DNA from: Pseudoalteromonas tetraodonis
GTDB taxonomy: Bacteria > Pseudomonadota > Gammaproteobacteria > Enterobacterales > Alteromonadaceae
NCBI RefSeq assembly: GCF_002310835.1
Contig: NZ_CP011041.1
Location: forward strand, 1,800,001-1,832,000
Direction: 5' to 3'
DNA: 32,000 nt
Part shown: positions 25,158 through 32,000 of the stretch, piece after piece
Position numbering within the stretch: the first letter of the stretch is position 1
How the letters are laid out: every line of letters begins with the position of its first letter
Translations under genes and position numbers: made by a program
The notes under the pieces: model-generated
What the model was told of the DNA's origin: nothing
The model's input: the letters and a program-made list of their open reading frames with translations, nothing else
Databases searched by the model: none

Positions 25158-28100
25158 TTACTTTGCAGAGGTATCACAGTTGTGGCCTAGTAACATAAGC
25201 TCTCTAAGTGCAACTGAGAATTTTGCAAAGTCATGACTTTGCGATGTTTTAAATTCAGTGAGCATTTGTTTCCAGCGCTGTAACAACAGATCTTGGCTAT
25301 CCATCCACTGTTCAATTTGGCCATCAACATCACTACTATCACCTTCAAAGCTGTTTAACACTACTTCAGATAATGTACGTTGTTGCCAATCTAACTCTTC
25401 ACGATATGAAGCACGCGCAAGTGCTTGCCAATGGTTTGAAACAGGTTGATTAGTAATTTGGTCTAAGAACCAATGTAGCCCCATTTGCGCACCAAGTTTG
25501 AAGTAAGTGTGCGATACCATATCGATTTTACGATTAGAGTTTTGCGCAATTTGTGTCAAGTCCATTACAGAGAACAAGCTTGATAACGATACAATACGTT
25601 GAGCAATCTCAACCGGAACACCGCTTTGCGTTAGCTCTTCACGTGCACTTTCTATACGATCGCTTTCTGCTTTAACAATGTATTTATTTAAGTTTTCACT
25701 TAAATCGGCAAATGTTGGTGCAAATGCTTCAATTGATTGCTCAATTGTTTGTGCTTTCGTACGGTGACGTAAGAACCAACGAGTTGCACGACGAACAGTA
25801 CGACGTAACTGGTACAACATTTCTGTTTGTACGTTAGACGGTATCTTGTTATCTAAGTCACTAATTGATAACCAAGTGTCACGCATTTGGAATATTTCAC
25901 TTGCGATTGAATAACATAATGCAATCTCAGCTTCGTTTGCACCTGTTTCTTCATTCATACGCACCATAAAGTTTAAGCCCATATCGTTAACAATATTATT
26001 TGCTAACTTAGTGGCAATGATCTCTTTGCGTAGTGGGTGATTATTCATAGCATCGTTAAACTTCTCACGTAATGGACGTGGGAATGATTTAACCAATAAC
26101 TGACGATAGTAAGGGTTTTCGGTAATTTCGTCGGTTACTAATGACTCTTTAAGAACCATTTTCGCATAAGAGACCAACACTGAAAGCTCAGGACGTGTTA
26201 AATCTCTGCCTGCGGCAGCACGCTCTGCTAACTCCTCATCCGTCGGAATAAACTCAATCGCACGGTCTAACTTGCCCTCTTTTTCAAGCGCATGAATAAA
26301 ACGAATTTTTTCTTTAAGCGTTGAGGTCCCTTTCGATTGGGTAATCGATAAAGTGTGTGTTTGACGATAACAGTCTTTAAGCACTAATTCAGATACTTCG
26401 TCGGTCATTGAGTAAAGTAACTCATCACGTTGCTTACGTGTTAAATCACCTTCGGCAACTAAACCATTAAGTAAGATTTTAATGTTTACTTCGTTATCTG
26501 AACACGCAACACCGCCTACGTTATCGATAAAATCAGTATTTACACGGCCACCTTTAGCAGCAAATTCAATACGACCTAACTGGGTTGCCCCTAAGTTACC
26601 GCCTTCGCCAAAGACTTTAGCGCCAAGGTCTTTACCATTAATGCGTAGTGCATCGTTTGCACGGTCCCCTACATCCGCATCTGTTTCTTTAGAGTGCTTA
26701 ATGTATGTACCAATACCGCCATTCCACAATAAATCGAACTCCATCATAAGTGAGGCTTTGATCAATTCATTAGGCGTCATGCTGGCTTTTTTAGTGCCCA
26801 ACATTTTTTTCATTTCTGGGCTTAGCGTAATCGACTTGGCTGCACGAGAGAACACACCACCGCCGCTTGAAATTAACTCTTTGTTGTAATCTTCCCATGA
26901 TGAACGTGGCAAATTAAATAAACGCTCGCGCTCTGGGTAAGAAGCAGCTGCATCGGGGTTTGGATCCACAAAAATATGTAAGTGGTTAAACGCCACTTGC
27001 AAACGAATGTGCTTTGATAACAACATACCATTACCAAATACATCACCGGCCATGTCACCAATGGCAACGGCAGTAAAGTCTGTGGTTTGACAGTTAATAT
27101 CCATTTCACGGAAATGACGCTTAACAGACTCCCATGCACCACGCGCAGTAATACCCATTTTCTTATGGTCGTAACCTACTGAACCACCTGATGCAAACGC
27201 ATCACCCAGCCAGAAGTTATATTCGATTGCGATACCGTTCGCGATATCAGAGAAAGTCGCAGTTCCCTTGTCCGCTGCAACCACTAGGTACGCATCGTCT
27301 TCATCATGACGAGTAACATCAACAGCAGGTACAACTTCGCCGCGCTCAATATTATCTGTGATATCTAATAAGCCACGAATGAAGATTTTGTAACATTCTT
27401 GGCCTTCTTTGATAAACGCTTCGCGCTCACTAGGTAGTTGTTTACATACAAAGCCACCTTTTGAACCAACCGGTACAATTACGGTATTTTTAACCTGCTG
27501 CGCTTTTACCAAGCCCAAAACTTCAGTACGGAAGTCTTCACGACGGTCTGACCAACGAAGGCCGCCACGCGCAACTTTACCAAAGCGTAAATGCACACCT
27601 TCAACACGCGGCGAGTAAACGAAAATCTCAAACGCAGGAACAGGCAGTGGTACTTCTGGAATTAAACTTGGTTGAATTTTAAGTGAAATGTATGACTTAA
27701 ACTTACCTTCAGCATCTTTTTGGAAGTAGTTTGTACGCAGCGTTGCAACAATCATATCAACGTATAAACGGATAATACGGTCATCATCAAGATTCGCTAC
27801 GTTTTCTAACTCTGCATAAATTTCTAAGCCTAGTTTTTCAAGTGTTTTAGCACTTGCAGGACTTTTAACTGAGAATTTTTTAGCAAATAAATTAACGATT
27901 TTAGCCGCGATGTGTGGGTAATTAGCAAAGGTGCTTTCGATGTACGTTTGCGAGAAAGTAACCCCAATTTGGCGCATGTATTTAGCGTACGCACGTAAAA
28001 TTGATGCTTCGCGACCGGTTAACCCACCCATTAACACTAAACGGTTAAAACCATCGTTTTCTAAACGATTTGCCCACACACTGGTTAGTGCGGCACGAAA

Positions 28101-29999
28101 ACGTGCGGAAATTTTATCAAAATCGGCCATCCCTTTGCTATCAATCAGCATTGAGAAGTCCATGATCCAATTAATGCCACCATCACTGGTTTTAACTGAG
28201 TAAGGTGTTTCACCTACAACACGTAAACCAAAGTTTTCCAGCATTGGCATCACATCTGATAAGTGAATTGGCTCATCTTTGTGGAATAAGCTTAAACGAA
28301 CAATATTGCTGCTCGCCTCTTCTTGTGGACGATAAAACAACATCTCAAGTTTGTTGTCATCGTTTAGCATTTCTAGCTTTTCAATATCAACAACAGCGGC
28401 ACTTGGTAATACTTCTTCTTTGTATGAACGTGCAAAAGCGTTGCAGTATTTACGGTTTAATTCGTTACCACGTGCTTCACCAGCAGATTCGAGTAAGGCT
28501 GATTGGAGTTTATCTTCCCAGGTACGAGCGGCTTCAATTAGATTATTTTCTATGTCTTTCACGTTATATTCAATATTGTTATCGGTCACACGAACGGTGT
28601 AATGAGTACGCGCCAGTGTTGACTCTGAGAAATAGGTAGTAAATTCGACTTTAACGTCAGAATTAAATGCATTCGCTAAAATAGCCTGCGTTTCGCGGCG
28701 CAGCGCCGTGTTATAACGTTCACGTGGTACATACACCATACAAGATAGGAAGCGACCGTATGCATCTTTGCGAACAAATAAACGACACATATCGCGTTCT
28801 TGAATTTGTAACACGCCCATAGCAACTTCAAGTAGCTCATGTTCGCGAGCTTGCACTAATTCGTCACGTGGGTAGGTTTCTAAGATGTTTAATACCGCTT
28901 TGTATGCATGTGTACCCTTAGCAAAATCACACATATCCATAATGCGATTAATCTTGCTTTTAAGAACCGGGACATCAGCAGCGCTGTTGTTATAAAAGTT
29001 AGATGAGAATAAACCTATAAAACGGTCTTCACCAATCACATTACCTTTGTCATCAAAACGCTTAACACCCACATAATCAATATAGGCTGGGCGATGAACT
29101 CGAGATAATGAATTGGTTTTTGTTAAAATTAATAAGTTACTACTACGTGCTTCTTGACGAGCCACTTCAGGTAACTCAGAAAGCAAACGTGTATGCTCAG
29201 CATCTGAATTTTTCATTAACCCTAAGCTGGTATCCATTTTACCTTTTAATTGATAATCACCTTGGACTGGCGAAAGCTCATATTGGCGGTAACCCATTAA
29301 TGTAAAGTTGTCTTTTACTAGCCAATCTAAGAACTCAACGGTTTCATTTATTTCGTTATCATTTTTATCTTTGTGGCTTTTAGGTAAGCTTTTACTAACT
29401 GCGATTAGTTTTTCGCGAATAGGCTGCCAATCTTCAACCGCAACCGATACATCAACGAGTACAGATTCAAGTTCTTTTTTGAAAGACTCAATAACAGTAG
29501 CATCTGTTTGACGGTCAATTTCTATGAAGAATACTGTTTTTGTTGATGTTGATTCTTGCTCTGCTTTTAAGCTTGATAACCCTGATATTTTATCGTTTTT
29601 ATCACGTTGAATTTTCAGTGGGCTATGTAGAAGTAAGTGAGAGGCAATGTTTTCTCGTGTCATGGCCATACGCACAGAGTCAACTAAAAATGGCATATCT
29701 TTAGCAATGATCTCTACAATGGTATGCGATGACTGCCAGCCATCTTTTGCCACTTCAGGGTTGAAAACGCGAATAACTGCGTCATCTGATGTATTTTTTT
29801 CTAGCGAATTCCAAAGGCTAAGTGCAGCACCATATAAGTCACTGTCGTTGCGATTTGCCAAATCCTCTTTAGACATATTGCTGTACAAGGCTTTGGCGAA
29901 TTTCTCAACGAGTAACACATTATCAGCGCGAACTTTTTTCTGGATAAGCTTACAGACGTTATCTAAAATAACCGAGGCTTGGCCTTCATTTCGTGTCAT
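25158..29999 (-). CDS. gdhB: Large (about 180 kDa class) NAD-specific glutamate dehydrogenase
   Basis: The protein is 1613 aa. The central catalytic core contains GGLRWSDR, VIVPVGSKGGFV and the dinucleotide-fold motif AIGDMAGDVFGNGML, which I recall as typical of the large NAD-GDH family (Pseudomonas GdhB, Streptomyces and Mycobacterium L-GDH180). An AAGGAA Shine-Dalgarno is present. Confidence 0.9.
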   Translation of the reverse strand: MTRNEGQASVILDNVCKLIQKKVRADNVLLVEKFAKALYSNMSKEDLANRNDSDLYGAALSLWNSLEKNTSDDAVIRVFNPEVAKDGWQSSHTIVEIIAKDMPFLVDSVRMAMTRENIASHLLLHSPLKIQRDKNDKISGLSSLKAEQESTSTKTVFFIEIDRQTDATVIESFKKELESVLVDVSVAVEDWQPIREKLIAVSKSLPKSHKDKNDNEINETVEFLDWLVKDNFTLMGYRQYELSPVQGDYQLKGKMDTSLGLMKNSDAEHTRLLSELPEVARQEARSSNLLILTKTNSLSRVHRPAYIDYVGVKRFDDKGNVIGEDRFIGLFSSNFYNNSAADVPVLKSKINRIMDMCDFAKGTHAYKAVLNILETYPRDELVQAREHELLEVAMGVLQIQERDMCRLFVRKDAYGRFLSCMVYVPRERYNTALRRETQAILANAFNSDVKVEFTTYFSESTLARTHYTVRVTDNNIEYNVKDIENNLIEAARTWEDKLQSALLESAGEARGNELNRKYCNAFARSYKEEVLPSAAVVDIEKLEMLNDDNKLEMLFYRPQEEASSNIVRLSLFHKDEPIHLSDVMPMLENFGLRVVGETPYSVKTSDGGINWIMDFSMLIDSKGMADFDKISARFRAALTSVWANRLENDGFNRLVLMGGLTGREASILRAYAKYMRQIGVTFSQTYIESTFANYPHIAAKIVNLFAKKFSVKSPASAKTLEKLGLEIYAELENVANLDDDRIIRLYVDMIVATLRTNYFQKDAEGKFKSYISLKIQPSLIPEVPLPVPAFEIFVYSPRVEGVHLRFGKVARGGLRWSDRREDFRTEVLGLVKAQQVKNTVIVPVGSKGGFVCKQLPSEREAFIKEGQECYKIFIRGLLDITDNIERGEVVPAVDVTRHDEDDAYLVVAADKGTATFSDIANGIAIEYNFWLGDAFASGGSVGYDHKKMGITARGAWESVKRHFREMDINCQTTDFTAVAIGDMAGDVFGNGMLLSKHIRLQVAFNHLHIFVDPNPDAAASYPERERLFNLPRSSWEDYNKELISSGGGVFSRAAKSITLSPEMKKMLGTKKASMTPNELIKASLMMEFDLLWNGGIGTYIKHSKETDADVGDRANDALRINGKDLGAKVFGEGGNLGATQLGRIEFAAKGGRVNTDFIDNVGGVACSDNEVNIKILLNGLVAEGDLTRKQRDELLYSMTDEVSELVLKDCYRQTHTLSITQSKGTSTLKEKIRFIHALEKEGKLDRAIEFIPTDEELAERAAAGRDLTRPELSVLVSYAKMVLKESLVTDEITENPYYRQLLVKSFPRPLREKFNDAMNNHPLRKEIIATKLANNIVNDMGLNFMVRMNEETGANEAEIALCYSIASEIFQMRDTWLSISDLDNKIPSNVQTEMLYQLRRTVRRATRWFLRHRTKAQTIEQSIEAFAPTFADLSENLNKYIVKAESDRIESAREELTQSGVPVEIAQRIVSLSSLFSVMDLTQIAQNSNRKIDMVSHTYFKLGAQMGLHWFLDQITNQPVSNHWQALARASYREELDWQQRTLSEVVLNSFEGDSSDVDGQIEQWMDSQDLLLQRWKQMLTEFKTSQSHDFAKFSVALRELMLLGHNCDTSAK

Positions 30000-30168
30000 T
30001 GTATGTTCCTTAATCTATCACTGCTAGTTTAGCAGAGTATTTGTACAGCCATTTATTAGCGTGGAGTCAGTTAAATTCTAACCCTTTTGAAACTAATAAA
30101 CAGCCTTTTCGATGAAAACATTTTAAGCATTTCAGCTATTTGGTCATCTATTCACAAAATATAGATAT

Positions 30169-30190
30169 AAATGGCCATTACTGGCCATTT
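30169..30190 (-). terminator. Hairpin downstream of the RND/MMPL gene; a possible weak terminator
   Basis: The sequence aaatggcca-ttac-tggccattt has a 9-bp stem and starts 20 nt after the stop. The downstream stretch on the minus strand is only moderately T-rich (atatctatatttt). Confidence 0.4.
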
Positions 30191-30209
30191 TGGAGCAAAT
30201 TTATTCACC

Positions 30210-32000
30210 TTATTTTTTCTGGTCAGTCCAGAGCAAGCTGCCAATTGCAGGTAAAAGTAACACTGCGCCCAACATATTTACTAAAAACATGAAGGTAAGC
30301 AGAATTCCCATATCAACTTGGAACTTCAAATCAGAAAAAATCCACGTACTTACACCAATCGCTAATGTAATACCGGTAAATAACACCGCACTACCACGTT
30401 CAACTAATGCATTACGATAAGCAATACTCAATGGTACGTTTTGTTTTAACTGCCCCATCATCGATGACAAAATATAAATACCATAATCAACACCAATACC
30501 TACACCCAGAGCAATCACTGGTAACGTTGAAACAGTCAGACCAATCTCAAGCTGTACCATCAGTGCTTGTGCAAGGGTTGATACTATGTACAAGGGTAAT
30601 ACCACCGCAATTGTTGCTTTTACACTCTTAAAACTAAGTAAGCATAAAATAATAACCGCACCGTATACATACAACATCATAGGTATTTGCGCTGCTGAAA
30701 CAGACTCATTCGTTGCAGCCATAACACCAACTGGCCCTGACGCTAATTTAAAGGCAAGTTTATCTGTGCCCTCTTCATCGGCAAATTGTTTTACTTTTGC
30801 AATCACGTTATCAATTGTTTGTGCTTTGTGATCGTCTAAAAATATAATCACCGGCATTACCGAACAATCACCGTTTAATAACCCTGTACTGGTTTCTACA
30901 CGTGACGTTGATTGCACTAAACTGGCAGAATTGCGCGGCAAACTTTGCCACTTTAAATTGCCCTCGTTGTAACCGGCATTGACCGATTGTGCCACTGAAC
31001 TCAGGCTCACTGCTGACTGCACGCCCGCTAAGTTTTCAACTTTATATTGAAAACGCGATATACGTTCCATTACATCGTGCTCTGTACAGGCCGCAGGGTA
31101 TGCTTCCACAATCACTTTTAAAATGTCAGACGAAATGGTGTATTTGTCCGATATTAAAAAGGTATCTTGGTTGTAACGTGCATCTTGGTGCAACGATGGC
31201 GCACCTGCGTGTAAATCACCTATACGCATTTTATCTGCTTGCCAATAACCCAATGCAAATAAAACCAAGGTAAAACCTATGATCATTTTTGCTGTTTTAG
31301 GGTCAGTTGCTTTAACTAATAAATCGCGCATTGCATCGAGTATATTCGGTTTGTTGGCATCACCCGATTGAATATGGATGCTGTTTTCAAAACGCATATA
31401 CGATGCCCATACAGGCAATAAAATAAGATTAGTAAATATAATAACAGCCACCCCTAAACTTGCTGTAATAGCCAGTTCACGAATGATGCCGATATCTATG
31501 GTTAAAAGTGTTAAAAAGCCAACCGTATCTGATAACAACGCAATCCCACCTGGTACCAGCAAAGCTCTAAAGCTAGATTGACAACACACGGCGGTCGCTT
31601 TGCCCTCAGTGACTTTTTTACCAATGGCGTTGATCATCTGCACACCGTGGCTTACACCAATTGCAAAGACTAAAAAAGGAACTAAAATTGACATCGGATC
31701 AAGGCCAAAGCCTAAACTAGACAATAAGCCTAACTGCCAAATAACGGCAATAATAGAACACACAATTGGTAAAATAGTGAGTTTCAAGCTGCCACAAAAT
31801 AGCCATACCATGACGAATGTAAACGCAATCGCGATGGCAAAAAATAAAACAACCCCTTTTGCACCTTCAGCGATATCGCCAGCCATTTTTGCAAAACCGA
31901 TAATATGAATACTGATATTATCAGTACTTAAAGGTTCACGAATCTCGGTTTCTAATTTTTTTGCAAACGCGAGGGTGTCTAATTTTTCTTGTGTTTGCGG
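30210..32000 (-). CDS. RND-superfamily / MMPL-type exporter (COG1033-like), N-terminus cut by the window edge
   Basis: The frame stays open upstream of the ORF-track Met to the window end (..PQTQEKLDTLAFAKKLETEIREPLSTDNISIHIIGFAKMAGD..). The product has two blocks of multiple TM helices separated by a roughly 200-aa soluble loop, which is the typical RND/MMPL half-repeat topology. Confidence 0.8.
   Translation of the reverse strand, partial: PQTQEKLDTLAFAKKLETEIREPLSTDNISIHIIGFAKMAGDIAEGAKGVVLFFAIAIAFTFVMVWLFCGSLKLTILPIVCSIIAVIWQLGLLSSLGFGLDPMSILVPFLVFAIGVSHGVQMINAIGKKVTEGKATAVCCQSSFRALLVPGGIALLSDTVGFLTLLTIDIGIIRELAITASLGVAVIIFTNLILLPVWASYMRFENSIHIQSGDANKPNILDAMRDLLVKATDPKTAKMIIGFTLVLFALGYWQADKMRIGDLHAGAPSLHQDARYNQDTFLISDKYTISSDILKVIVEAYPAACTEHDVMERISRFQYKVENLAGVQSAVSLSSVAQSVNAGYNEGNLKWQSLPRNSASLVQSTSRVETSTGLLNGDCSVMPVIIFLDDHKAQTIDNVIAKVKQFADEEGTDKLAFKLASGPVGVMAATNESVSAAQIPMMLYVYGAVIILCLLSFKSVKATIAVVLPLYIVSTLAQALMVQLEIGLTVSTLPVIALGVGIGVDYGIYILSSMMGQLKQNVPLSIAYRNALVERGSAVLFTGITLAIGVSTWIFSDLKFQVDMGILLTFMFLVNMLGAVLLLPAIGSLLWTDQKK

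Noticed and set aside
26482-26889. Long plus-strand ORFs lie antisense to the gdh gene (26482-26889 at 135 aa, 28205-28639 at 144 aa, 29647-30027 at 126 aa).
   Set aside because: They sit entirely inside a well-supported 1613-aa gene. Their translations are low-complexity and Ser/Leu/Arg-rich, with no motifs and no Shine-Dalgarno. This is the usual antisense-frame artefact of long coding regions.
30021-30035. The inverted repeat ctgcta-gtt-tagcag in the gdh 5' leader could be an operator.
   Set aside because: The arms are only 6 bp. Several such repeats are expected by chance in 32 kb, and I can show neither a second copy nor conservation.
1-32000. I considered whether the window hides a defence island, a mobile element or some other accessory system.
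   Set aside because: Every gene of 100 aa or more has a clear housekeeping identity or conserved synteny with E. coli (sdh-suc, gltA, csdAE-tcdA, comEC-msbA-lpxK-ycaR-kdsB, rlmL-uup, zapC-pyrD). No integrase, transposase, tRNA attachment site, direct-repeat array or long unexplained gap is visible, and the largest non-coding stretch is 406 bp.

Overview
This window looks like conserved chromosomal core from a roughly 40% GC gammaproteobacterium. Gene order and protein similarity suggest Alteromonadales or Pseudoalteromonas, but I could not verify the taxon. I count 25 protein-coding genes, two of them cut by the window edges, and about 95% of the sequence is coding. All but four genes are on the minus strand. 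In coordinate order the genes are: sucA (partial) and sdhB-sdhA-sdhD-sdhC on the minus strand; divergent gltA; csdA-csdE on the plus strand, convergent with tcdA; a tightly packed minus-strand chain comEC / msbA-lpxK-ycaR-kdsB-RluA-like-tcdA; a divergent DUF2062 gene; a minus-strand chain rlmL / CxxC mini-protein / uup / secreted repeat protein; then zapC, pyrD, a 1613-aa NAD-glutamate dehydrogenase and a partial RND/MMPL exporter. I found no rRNA, tRNA, CRISPR array, IS element, integrase or phage genes, and no intergenic gap is large enough to hide an unannotated gene. I therefore do not see a convincing previously undescribed multi-gene system here. The items most worth a second look are: (1) the 579-aa secreted repeat protein with a C-terminal sorting-signal-like tail, which appears co-transcribed with ribosome-related genes; (2) the orphan CxxC mini-protein overlapping the rlmL stop; (3) the gapless operon that joins lipid A/LPS genes to RNA-modification genes; (4) several compact regulatory arrangements (sdhC leader, sdhB-sucA palindrome, gdh terminator next to the pyrD start). 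All functional calls rest on motifs I read in the translations and on remembered homology to E. coli proteins. No database search was run.
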